The notes below the pieces were generated by a model. It was given only the letters and a program-made list of their open reading frames with translations. It had not been told where the DNA came from and ran no database searches. From IMG/VR virus record IMGVR_UViG_3300005326_000010, positions 1-58,589 of that record: DNA of 58,589 nt. The stretch is one strand, 5' to 3'. The first letter of the stretch is position 1, and each line of letters begins with the position of its first letter. A program made the position numbers and the translations under genes. This stretch comes from a virus. Taxonomy: Duplodnaviria; Caudoviricetes. Positions 17,150-25,806 of the stretch are shown piece after piece.

Positions 17150-17764
17150 ATGGCACCACCAAGAAACGACATATTACGATCCAAAATCAGGCAGCGAAAC
17201 AAGGAACTGAAGCATCTTTCGCCGAAAGAGAGGTGTACCCTGCTCCGTAAGGAATTCGACCTCGAACCTTGGCGACTGCAGTATTATCTCCGAGAAAAGA
17301 ACACCGACCGTCGGCGTAAATACTCCGAGCGACTCCTCAAGCAGTTAAGCCTAGACGAAGCCGCGCTTCAACCTAAAGCGAGAGAACTTAACGTCTCCGA
17401 GGATGCGCTCCGGGCGGCGGTGCTTCGCTATGTGAAGCGAGCCGTGAAACCGATAGAACCCAAGACCCTCCAGAGCCAAGGGTACTTCACCTGGACCAGC
17501 AGAAAAGAGGCGGGAAAGCTCGGGTTCTCGCCGGGTGATGTGTCCGAGGCCAGGCGCTTGTTGAAGCGGCGCTTTGGCCTGAACCTCGGCTATCCGAACC
17601 TCTTGGTTCACATTGAGTCCGGACGCTTCTACCCTTGCGCTCTGAAAGAGCAAACCCGCTTGATCGTGGACCCGGTGGATTTCGTTACCCGCTACGCACG
17701 AGAGATCGCCGCCGGCTGGCATCATAAGGATGAGGCTCTCGTCGAGGGTCTCAGGAAGGAGTAA
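17150..17764 (+). CDS. Basic HTH-like protein, paralogue A
   Basis: R/K-rich; C-terminal domain aligns by eye with 17769-18329. Confidence 0.7.
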   Translation: MAPPRNDILRSKIRQRNKELKHLSPKERCTLLRKEFDLEPWRLQYYLREKNTDRRRKYSERLLKQLSLDEAALQPKARELNVSEDALRAAVLRYVKRAVKPIEPKTLQSQGYFTWTSRKEAGKLGFSPGDVSEARRLLKRRFGLNLGYPNLLVHIESGRFYPCALKEQTRLIVDPVDFVTRYAREIAAGWHHKDEALVEGLRKE

Positions 17765-17768
17765 CACC

Positions 17769-18329
17769 GTGGCCCGACCAATGAACAAAGAACTGAAAAA
17801 GAGCATCCGCGACGCCAAGGCTTCCGGATCATCTATCGATGATATCTGTGAGACTTTTGGTCTCTCGAGAAATACGATTTTCTACCATCTGCGGACCGAA
17901 GGCTCCGACGGGCGGATGAAATACAGCGCCGAGCAGCGCCTGGAGCTTGCACGGAAATCGACTGACGAGCTACGCGAGATCGCGGCGAGAAGCAACAGGA
18001 GTTTCACCGCCTTGCAGCGGGTAGCCAACCGTGAGCGGAAGAAGCGTCGGGAGGACGCGAAGACCCGGGCGATCCTCGAAGACCGTCTTGATTTTTTCAG
18101 TTCAGACGAATTGAAACTCTTCGGCTTCACCACGGTCCACCGCATCGAGGCGGAGAAGGTCTTGGAGACGTATGGCCTCGTCCTGCGGACGCCGAACCAC
18201 TTGGTGCACCCGAAGAGCGGGAAATGGCAGCCGTTGAGTTTATCCCAACAAGAGGCGTTGCTCCTGGACGCTGAGGACTTCCTGAGAAACTCCGCAGGAG
18301 TTTTGAAAACGAGATGGAGGGAGAAATAA
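17769..18329 (+). CDS. HTH protein, paralogue B
   Basis: SIDDICETFGLSRNTIFYHL HTH; GTG start with AAGGAG RBS. Confidence 0.72.
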   Translation: MARPMNKELKKSIRDAKASGSSIDDICETFGLSRNTIFYHLRTEGSDGRMKYSAEQRLELARKSTDELREIAARSNRSFTALQRVANRERKKRREDAKTRAILEDRLDFFSSDELKLFGFTTVHRIEAEKVLETYGLVLRTPNHLVHPKSGKWQPLSLSQQEALLLDAEDFLRNSAGVLKTRWREK

Positions 18330-18335
18330 GGACAC

Positions 18336-18551
18336 ATGACCCCCGCCGACCATGCCGCGGTCTGTAGCGGCAAGAGCCATTTTCTCACCTGGGAGCAGGC
18401 CCACGCCGTGAAGAAAAAGCTACAACGCAGTATATCCGTGCGCCCGGGAAGATATTTGAACATTTACCGTTGTCCAGCCTGCGGACAGTTCGTCCTAGGC
18501 ACCGCCTTCAGGGAAGGAAGGAGGAAGAAACGTGAACTGCACTTGTCCTGA
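18336..18551 (+). CDS. Zinc-ribbon hypothetical protein
   Basis: CSGK...YRCPACGQF. Confidence 0.65.
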   Translation: MTPADHAAVCSGKSHFLTWEQAHAVKKKLQRSISVRPGRYLNIYRCPACGQFVLGTAFREGRRKKRELHLS

Positions 18552-18648
18552 GTTGAAGCTTGCCGAACATCGGATCGAGGGGTATAAGTATGTTCTTCAG
18601 GAGGTCTTGAAAGAACTCCCGAGCGACTCCCGGTTGATCGAAACAATA

Positions 18649-18687
18649 AATAAAGTTCTTGACAAAGAGGATGGAAAAGAGTAAGAT
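18649..18687 (+). promoter_or_regulatory. Promoter AATAAAGTTC-TTGACA-N17-TAAGAT, copy 1
   Basis: Same upstream/-35 16-mer and -10 as 27356-27394. Confidence 0.75.
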
Positions 18688-18808
18688 AGAATCTCAAAAT
18701 CGCCGCCGTCAGAGCGCCCTGTTCGAATCGGGATAACGATAAGGGTGAGCGGCCTGACCGCTCGAATCGCTGGTTATCTACCAGCGATGGAATCAACCGG
18801 AGGGGATT

Positions 18809-19030
18809 ATGTTCAGTAATGGCAAATGGCATAAAAATGTAACCACTGTTGGCGAAATGGTCCAGGAGTTATCATTGCTGGACCCTGATATTCCAGTTAA
18901 AGAAGGTTTCTCCGACAGTGTTGACATTGTAGTTTTTAACCGTGATGGCGATGATATCCAAGTCGGATTTGACGAGGGCGGGGAATGGGGTGAGGACGCA
19001 GTTTCTCCCGACGAGGATGAAGACGATTAA
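18809..19030 (+). CDS. Acidic hypothetical protein
   Basis: GGAGG RBS; TVGEMVQELSLLDPDIPV motif common in small phage proteins. Confidence 0.65.
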   Translation: MFSNGKWHKNVTTVGEMVQELSLLDPDIPVKEGFSDSVDIVVFNRDGDDIQVGFDEGGEWGEDAVSPDEDEDD

Positions 19031-19107
19031 GCAGATAACCGCTTGAGCGTCACCGGCTTTGGCCGGTGGACAGCGTTGGTTATATCCGATTGCCATAGAA
19101 AGGGAAA

Positions 19108-19464
19108 ATGATGACCAGAAAACGAAGAAAAGTCGGTGAGTGCGAAATATGTGGAGCAGCGGCGAACCTCTGGCGTTGTCCTGAACATTACAAATGTGAC
19201 GATTGCGGCGCAACAGAAAACCTCTGCAATCGGCGTGATGGGGTCCTCTGCGAGGCTTGCCATCAGAAACGAGTAGAGAGACGTATTGCCGAAAATACTG
19301 CACCCGAAACGTTTGACACCCACGAAATCACTTGTCCATGGTGCGGATACGAGTATTCCGATAGTTGGGAGATGAGCGAGGGAGAGCGAGAATGTTCCGA
19401 CTGTGGGAGGAATTTTGATGTAGAGCGAGAGTGCTACGTCACATACAGCACTTCAAGGATATAA
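19108..19464 (+). CDS. Multi-zinc-finger protein
   Basis: Five CxxC-type pairs including CPWCG...CSDCG. Confidence 0.7.
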   Translation: MMTRKRRKVGECEICGAAANLWRCPEHYKCDDCGATENLCNRRDGVLCEACHQKRVERRIAENTAPETFDTHEITCPWCGYEYSDSWEMSEGERECSDCGRNFDVERECYVTYSTSRI

Positions 19465-19656
19465 CCACAGGTGATGCTGTGATGGATAAGCTCAGGGAAG
19501 GCGAGAGCTTCTGTCGGTGGCGATAAAACAAGGGTGTGACTAAGGATACCTGATAAGGTAGCGCGGAAGTATTAACGATGCTTGTGCACCCAAGGAGGTG
19601 ATCACCTTGCCCCGCCGCTAATCCCGGCACCAAAATCTCCGCCACACAGTACCACC

Positions 19657-19685
19657 AGCCCGTCATCCCAAGTGACGGGCTTTTC
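19657..19685 (+). terminator. Terminator-like hairpin directly upstream of polA
   Basis: gcccgtca/tgacgggc stem followed by tttt. Confidence 0.6.
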
Positions 19686-19703
19686 AGGTAGGAGGATTTT
19701 ATT

Positions 19704-21764
19704 TTGCATTTGGTGTGCCTTGATTTTGAAACTTACTACGATACAGAGTATTCTCTGTCCAAGATGACGACTGAGGCCTATGTACGCGACGAGAGATTCC
19801 TCGCCCATGGTGTTGGGGTCAAGATCGATTCTTCGTCTCCGGTCTGGGTGCCAAGAAGGCTCATCCCCGGCGTGTTCGCCCGGATACCATGGAACGAATG
19901 CGCGGTGCTTTGCCAAAACACTATTTTTGACGGGGCAATCCTCTCCTGGCACTACGGGGTGAACCCAAAACTCTGGTTGGATACGATGAGTATGTTCCGG
20001 GCACTCCATCCGGAAGAACGCGCTTCTCTTGGTAGTATGTCCAAAGTGCTTGGTATCGGAACAAAAGGTTCCGAGTTGGTAGTAAGCAAAGGGAAGCGCA
20101 CCCTCAACGAGTACGAGGAAAAGGCACTCTCTGGATACTGCGCCACGAACCGGGATAGTGACATCAACCTCACTCTCCGAGCGTTTAATACCCTGAAGAA
20201 GGGTTTTCCTGCGGACGAGATACAATTAATAGACGCGAACATCCGGTTGTTCACCGAGCCGGTTCTGCTCCTCAACGAGCAACTGCTCCAAGAAGCCTAT
20301 GACGAAGAAGTGGAGGCCAAACGGCTCCTATTGGAAAAGGTCTCTGCGGACAAGGATACCCTGGCGTCGAACGACAAGTTCGCGGCGCTGCTCTGGTCTC
20401 TAGGCATCGACCCGCCGAAGAAGATCAGCCCGGCAAAACTGAAGAAGAACCCGGAGATCGAATTGTATCTCGAAGAACCCCCGGTCGGATTGATCCCGAA
20501 GCTGAATAAGAAGGCTTTGGCGGAGTACCACGATACAGCGACGCAGCCACACCCCTGTGAAGTGTTTACCTACGCCTTCGGTAAGAGCGACGAGGAATTC
20601 AAGAAGCTCGCCGAGTCGGAGAACCCGGATACCGCAGCACTCATTGCCGCCCGGATGGGTACGAAATCAACACTGAAAGAAACCCGGGCGCTCACGTTCT
20701 TGAAGATAGCCCGAGCAGGGCGCACCCTCCCGGTACCCTATAATTTTTATGGCGGCCACACTGGTAGGTTCTCCGGGAAGGATTACAATCTCCAGAACCT
20801 AACCCGAGGGAGCAAGTTGCGCCTTGCGATCGAAGCCCCTCCCGGTCACGTCTTGGGTGTAGCGGACTTCAACGCTATCGAAGCACGGACCGTTGCCTAC
20901 CTCGCAGGGCAGACAGATATGGTCGAGGCGTTTCGTCGCGGCGAAGACGTTTACTCTTCCATGGCGACGCAGATTTATGGGCGAAAGATCGACCGGAACA
21001 AAGAAGAAGACTTCATCGAGGGCTTCACTGGAAAAGCCGTAATTTTAGGTTGTGGCTACTCGATGTCGTGGCGTAAATTCCAGGCGATGATCCGGATAGG
21101 GATGCTCGGGATGAAGGGGTTTTTATTCGACGAGAAGGTAGCTTTCGGCCTCGGGATCAATATTCAGGCGTTCGAGGCGAAGTACCGGAAATCAGTTCTG
21201 GAGACGCTCCCCGATGGTATGGACTACGGAACGCACCTCGTACATTGTGCCTGCGCCTGTTCCATCGTGAAGCGTTTCCGTGATCAGTCTTCTAAGGTCG
21301 TTGATTTCTGGGGTGACTGCCAGAACGCTCTCGCCGATATGATGGTTGGGAAGTCCCGGACCGTCGGCGCGACTGAGTTGCTTGTTACTGAGAAGAACGC
21401 CACCCGGCTACCGAATGGGATGAAGCTCCTGTACCACGACCTCCAGGCTGAACAGAAGGGCCGAAGGCTTGAGTACACCAAACAAGGGAAGAAGTGCCGG
21501 GAACGGGTATATGGGGGTCTGTGCGCGGAGAACTATACCCAAGCGGTTGCCCGTATCATCATGACCGATGCCTGGAGGCAGTGCCGCAAGGAAGGCCTGC
21601 GGGTGGTCCTCACCACGCACGATGAATTGATCATCTGCAGCCCCGAGGCGAGAGCAGAGAAAGAACATAAGAGGCTCTGCGAAATCATGTCCACTTCGCC
21701 TGTGTGGGCGCCTGACCTCCCGATGAGGGCAAAGGGGGGGTACGCAAGGAATTACAGCAAATGA
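19704..21764 (+). CDS. polA: Family A DNA polymerase with 3'-5' exonuclease
   Basis: Exo I DFET; HTGRFSG; motif A DFNAIEAR; motif B KAVILGCGY; motif C THDE; TTG start after AGGAGG. Confidence 0.95.
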   Translation: MHLVCLDFETYYDTEYSLSKMTTEAYVRDERFLAHGVGVKIDSSSPVWVPRRLIPGVFARIPWNECAVLCQNTIFDGAILSWHYGVNPKLWLDTMSMFRALHPEERASLGSMSKVLGIGTKGSELVVSKGKRTLNEYEEKALSGYCATNRDSDINLTLRAFNTLKKGFPADEIQLIDANIRLFTEPVLLLNEQLLQEAYDEEVEAKRLLLEKVSADKDTLASNDKFAALLWSLGIDPPKKISPAKLKKNPEIELYLEEPPVGLIPKLNKKALAEYHDTATQPHPCEVFTYAFGKSDEEFKKLAESENPDTAALIAARMGTKSTLKETRALTFLKIARAGRTLPVPYNFYGGHTGRFSGKDYNLQNLTRGSKLRLAIEAPPGHVLGVADFNAIEARTVAYLAGQTDMVEAFRRGEDVYSSMATQIYGRKIDRNKEEDFIEGFTGKAVILGCGYSMSWRKFQAMIRIGMLGMKGFLFDEKVAFGLGINIQAFEAKYRKSVLETLPDGMDYGTHLVHCACACSIVKRFRDQSSKVVDFWGDCQNALADMMVGKSRTVGATELLVTEKNATRLPNGMKLLYHDLQAEQKGRRLEYTKQGKKCRERVYGGLCAENYTQAVARIIMTDAWRQCRKEGLRVVLTTHDELIICSPEARAEKEHKRLCEIMSTSPVWAPDLPMRAKGGYARNYSK

Positions 21765-21888
21765 CCCACCCCTGCCCGCGCTGCGGGAAAGATGCAACGT
21801 CCTTTTATTGCCCCGAGTGCCAGAGGATCTTGAAGCGGGTCTGCTTCAGACCTCGGAAGGCGCCGAAACCTGATTGGAGGGTGATTAG

Positions 21889-22074
21889 ATGAAATACAGC
21901 GACAAAGAACTCAACTTCATCGCGGATAGGATCGAAAAGCAGATGTACGAGTTATCTGATTGGGAGCAGGACTTTTTCAACTCGATAAAATCAAAGATCA
22001 GATCGGCTGTGCCGTTATCGTCGAAGCAATCCGAGTGTCTGAGCAGAATTTGGGATAAATTAGAGGAGGTTTGA
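21889..22074 (+). CDS. Hypothetical protein
   Basis: LSDWEQDF...LSSKQ...L..IW pattern of small phage proteins. Confidence 0.65.
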   Translation: MKYSDKELNFIADRIEKQMYELSDWEQDFFNSIKSKIRSAVPLSSKQSECLSRIWDKLEEV

Positions 22075-22470
22075 ATGATCTACGTTTCAGGAAAATATAC
22101 CGACGTTTCAAGAGAAGCCGTTAAAAGAAACATTCACGAGGCGGAGCTGGTCGCTCAACAGGTCCTCCTGCTCACCAGGAGAATTCCCCTGATACCGCAT
22201 AAGCTCACGTCTTTTTGGGACGAGTGGGGGCCTTTGACGGAGTGGTCACACTCAGATTGGATGGAAAAATATTGCCTCCCACTCTTGGATAATTGTTCCG
22301 CAATTATCATGGTCCCCGGCTGGGAGTTTTCCAAAGGAGCAAGGATCGAGTTTGAATACGCTGACGAGCGGCATATACCCATTTATTTTTCGGTCGAGGA
22401 CATTCCTGCGAAGATGGCAGCCGGTGAAGCTCATTTCTGGGAGTTTACACCTGGACCTACAGCATTTTAA
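22075..22470 (+). CDS. Nucleoside 2-deoxyribosyltransferase-like (DUF4406/DUF1937-like) protein
   Basis: IYVSGKYT...GWEFSKGARIEFEYA. Confidence 0.8.
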   Translation: MIYVSGKYTDVSREAVKRNIHEAELVAQQVLLLTRRIPLIPHKLTSFWDEWGPLTEWSHSDWMEKYCLPLLDNCSAIIMVPGWEFSKGARIEFEYADERHIPIYFSVEDIPAKMAAGEAHFWEFTPGPTAF

Positions 22471-22480
22471 AGGAGAAACA

Positions 22481-23467
22481 ATGTTTAGCTACACCTACCC
22501 CGAACTGGCTCTCCTGTCGGAGAGCATCACCGACTCTCAAGGCCACACATTCAAACCCCTTGACTTACGGAAGGGTTATGCCTACTTCTGGAGCGACAAA
22601 GACGAGCAGCAGCAACCGGTGAGTCTCTGGCTCGCCTGGCAGAAATCCGTCCAGATCGCAAGTAAGAAAGCGAACGTCGTACCACAACGGGTCATGGACT
22701 ATTTCCAGAAGACCAAAGGGTTGTCGAAACCGCCGGCAAACGAGGTGGTGATTGAAACGACCGCGGTGCAGTCGGCGAAGCCGACGAAACCCCTCTTCGC
22801 CACATCCTACTCAGGAATGCAGTTGTTTGAGCAATGCCCTTATCGCTGGAGCCAGGAGAAGTGGTACAAGACCGTACCCTACGAAGAAGGTGAGGCAGCG
22901 AAGTGGGGGAACCGGGTGCATCTCGCCTTTGAGAACACGCTGAACAAACGACCGACACCGGAGGACACGAAGATCCTCACCGACCACGGCTGGATGAAGT
23001 ACGCCAACGCTTTCCTCGCCGCCGAGGCTAAGGCCGAAACAGAAATCTGCTTGACCGAAGACCTGAAGCCGTGCGGCTGGCGAGACTGGAATAAGGTTTG
23101 GTTCCGCCTGAAGGCTGACATACTTGTAAAGAAGGAAAGGGTGTTGAAGTACTTCGACATCAAAAGCGGCAAGCGTAAGGAAGATCCGTTCCAAATTGAG
23201 ACGACGTGGGCTGTTGCCTCGCAACACTACCCCGAAGTCGAAGAGTTCGACGGAAAACTTCTCTTCCTGAAGGAAAAAGAGAACGCTGTCTGGGGCCCCG
23301 GCGTTCTCACCCGGGAGGATCTCCCACGTATCTGGGCGAAGATTTATGCGATTACTGATCGCATGAAAGAAGCGGTGAAACATGAGAACTTTCGTATGCA
23401 GGCAAACGGACTTTGCCGGCAATATTGCGGTGCGACGATGTGTCCGCACTGCGGGAGGGGTAAATAA
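22481..23467 (+). CDS. PD-(D/E)XK Cas4/RecB-like exonuclease
   Basis: SYS...QCP, GNRVH, ADIL, DIKSG, C-terminal CRQYC...CPHC Fe-S ligands. Confidence 0.85.
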   Translation: MFSYTYPELALLSESITDSQGHTFKPLDLRKGYAYFWSDKDEQQQPVSLWLAWQKSVQIASKKANVVPQRVMDYFQKTKGLSKPPANEVVIETTAVQSAKPTKPLFATSYSGMQLFEQCPYRWSQEKWYKTVPYEEGEAAKWGNRVHLAFENTLNKRPTPEDTKILTDHGWMKYANAFLAAEAKAETEICLTEDLKPCGWRDWNKVWFRLKADILVKKERVLKYFDIKSGKRKEDPFQIETTWAVASQHYPEVEEFDGKLLFLKEKENAVWGPGVLTREDLPRIWAKIYAITDRMKEAVKHENFRMQANGLCRQYCGATMCPHCGRGK

Positions 23468-23531
23468 CATTCTATAAGCTGACGAAGAAACGCACCTAAC
23501 TTGACGCAAGATGGGGTTGCCTGGAGGTAAA

Positions 23532-24026
23532 ATGGACAGAGAAGACCTTAAATCGCTCACAGAAACCGCAAAACAAGAAAAAGTACGCAAGTTTGAAACC
23601 GGAGCAACCAGAGACGCAGGAATGGTGAACGGAGTACCAAAGCTCTCCTACCGAGGCTTCTTCTGCCCGATGGTGTTGAAACGCCGCGCCGAGTACATGA
23701 ACAAGCACCGCCTGCAGTCTGACGGTACTCTCCGCGACCCGGACAATTGGAAAAAGGGGATGCCTCGGGAAGTCTATGTCGAGTCGCTGATGCGTCATGT
23801 GCATGATGTGTGGTCGCTTCACGAAGCCTGTCCGGTCGAAGAAGGTGTGACTCTGGAAGAGTCGATCTGTGCGGCGATGTTCAACCTTGAGGGGATGTTG
23901 CATGAGATTTTGAAAGATAAAACCGCCCTACGCGAACTAAATCCCACGACCGGAGAGCTACGCTTCGTCGAAAACCCGAGGACGAAGCAAGTGGAGAAGG
24001 TTTTTGTCCCGGACATCGCGCCCTGA
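23532..24026 (+). CDS. dATP/dGTP diphosphohydrolase-like (DUF5664) protein
   Basis: RKFETGATRD, DNWKKGMP, SLMRH motifs. Confidence 0.72.
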   Translation: MDREDLKSLTETAKQEKVRKFETGATRDAGMVNGVPKLSYRGFFCPMVLKRRAEYMNKHRLQSDGTLRDPDNWKKGMPREVYVESLMRHVHDVWSLHEACPVEEGVTLEESICAAMFNLEGMLHEILKDKTALRELNPTTGELRFVENPRTKQVEKVFVPDIAP

Positions 24027-24350
24027 TGGCCTCCCCAACCCAACCATGGAAGCCGGCTCAGTGCGCTGACTGCGGCAAGCCGATCACGTTCCACGTCTAT
24101 CTGACAAAGAAAACAGGTCATATGACCGCATTCAGAGCAGTCTGCACGGACTGCTACTGGAAGGAGAAAAAGAAGTGACCCGAGAGTCCTTAGAAACCGT
24201 GAAGGAAGAAATAATCAGGCTCCAGAATAAGATCGTTGCCTTTGAGGTGCAAAAGCCTACGTCGTTTTACAACTACCCAAAAGAAACCGGAGCAATCCGG
24301 AGAGCGTCGATGGACCTGACGAGAGCACTGGCCGATCTTAGGAGGACATA

Positions 24351-24806
24351 GTGAGATTCATAAACCAAAGACCCTCATGGACAAAATACTTTCTCGACAT
24401 TGCGTCGCTCGTAGCGACACGCTCCACCTGCCTGAGAGCCCAGCACGGCTCAGTCCTGGTCCGCGGCAAACAGATCCTCTCCACCGGCTATAACGGCGCA
24501 CCCTCCGGGGTGCCTCACTGTCTCTCGTGTGAGAGAGCAAAGCAGGGCTGCCTCCCAGGTCAGAGGTACGAACTCTGCAGTTCGGTGCACTCCGAGGCGA
24601 ACGCCATCGCCCAGGCGGCGAAGCACGGCACAAAGACCGAAGGAGCGTCACTCTACGTCACCGGGCCACCTTGTTGTCTTTGTGCAAGACTCATAATCAA
24701 CTCTGGGATCAAGGAAGTCGTCTTCCCGCTCTCTGACCGCTACCACTCCGAAGACACCGGAGTTGAGATTCTTCGAAGCGTGGGGGTGGAGGTCCGGAAC
24801 GGATGA
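24351..24806 (+). CDS. dCMP deaminase family (ComEB-like)
   Basis: RPSW..YF, RSTC, TGYNG, HSEANA, PCCLC. Confidence 0.92.
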   Translation: MRFINQRPSWTKYFLDIASLVATRSTCLRAQHGSVLVRGKQILSTGYNGAPSGVPHCLSCERAKQGCLPGQRYELCSSVHSEANAIAQAAKHGTKTEGASLYVTGPPCCLCARLIINSGIKEVVFPLSDRYHSEDTGVEILRSVGVEVRNG

Positions 24807-24960
24807 AATGCTGTAGCCACCAGTTCCACAAGACCAAAAACCTGAAACTCTTTTGTGACTCTTTCTACTCCCTGCCGGTGCAGTATTTCCGAGAGCATAA
24901 ATGTTCTCTATGCGGTGCATCGGACTGGCGGAGAGACAAAATGTATCGGAGAGGAGACCA

Positions 24961-25140
24961 GTGAAACGCCGAGTGAGAAACGTCATCCGCGATGCTCTGA
25001 ACGATGTCGTCCACGGTCGAGAGGTAACAACAGTCAAAGAGGTCGAGGAGACCGGTACCACCGTTTTGGTAAAACGGCTCGGCCCTCAGCGGGTTTCCCT
25101 CGACCTTATTTTGCGCGGCGATGACCGTGTGGAGGTGTGA
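24961..25140 (+). CDS. Hypothetical protein (GTG start)
   Basis: AGGAG RBS; operon packing. Confidence 0.5.
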   Translation: MKRRVRNVIRDALNDVVHGREVTTVKEVEETGTTVLVKRLGPQRVSLDLILRGDDRVEV

Positions 25141-25359
25141 GTGGAGTTGGTTGCCGCGAAAGAAGCCGCCCTGTATCTCGGAGTCGCGGAAGGCACTCTC
25201 GGACACTGGCGCAACGCCAGCGGTGGGACTCTGAAGTGGGAGTATGACGCCAAGGGGCGACCTCGCTACCGCCGGAGTGAATTGGAGCGTTGGCTGCGCG
25301 AAGATAAACCAGGGTACAAAGAACGGGCGAAGGCCGCCCGGAGGAGATTCAGAGGATGA
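25141..25359 (+). CDS. MerR/excisionase-like HTH protein
   Basis: KEAALYLGVAEGTLGHWR...RYRRSELERWL. Confidence 0.8.
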   Translation: MELVAAKEAALYLGVAEGTLGHWRNASGGTLKWEYDAKGRPRYRRSELERWLREDKPGYKERAKAARRRFRG

Positions 25360-25688
25360 CGCCAGAGGGCAAGGTCAAAAACCTAGTAGAGAAGTTCCTC
25401 AAAACTAATGGTCTCATAAAGCTCGGGAGCGCCGTAGCCGCAGGTACTACAGGCTTCTACTGGATGCCGGTGCCCTACGGCTACGGCGTTTCCTATCTCG
25501 ACTTTATCGGCCATTACAAAGGCAGGCTCTTCGGCATCGAGACGAAGGTTCCCAGCAAGAACCCAACCCCAAGGCAACAGCAGATGATCGACGCCACGGA
25601 GAAGACAGGTGCCAAAGCCTTCGTCGTCCGCTGCTCCGAGGATCTCCAAGCGCTCCGCGCTTGGTTCAGAGAGGTGGATAAACTTTGA
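25356..25688 (+). CDS. VRR-NUC domain nuclease
   Basis: TPEGKVK, LDFIG, IETK, PTPRQ. Confidence 0.88.
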   Translation: MTPEGKVKNLVEKFLKTNGLIKLGSAVAAGTTGFYWMPVPYGYGVSYLDFIGHYKGRLFGIETKVPSKNPTPRQQQMIDATEKTGAKAFVVRCSEDLQALRAWFREVDKL

Positions 25689-25806
25689 CTATTAGCCGCT
25701 TCACCACGAACTTACTGCTCACCATCCCGGCACTCCTGGTTGGTGTGTTCTGTGCTGTTATGGCGTTTCTCCAGCCTGTCTGGATTTTATGGTTCGGAGA
25801 GGATGA

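Noticed and set aside
18700-18745. tRNA gene at GTTCGAATC
   Set aside because: No acceptor stem, D-arm or anticodon arm can be built; kept only as a structured-leader candidate.
19704-21764. Intron or intein in polA, terminase or helicase
   Set aside because: ORFs are uninterrupted and of ordinary length, with no intein C/S...HN boundaries seen.
22481-23467. Cas4-like gene as part of a CRISPR system
   Set aside because: No array or other cas genes; solo Cas4-like nucleases are routine in phage replication modules.
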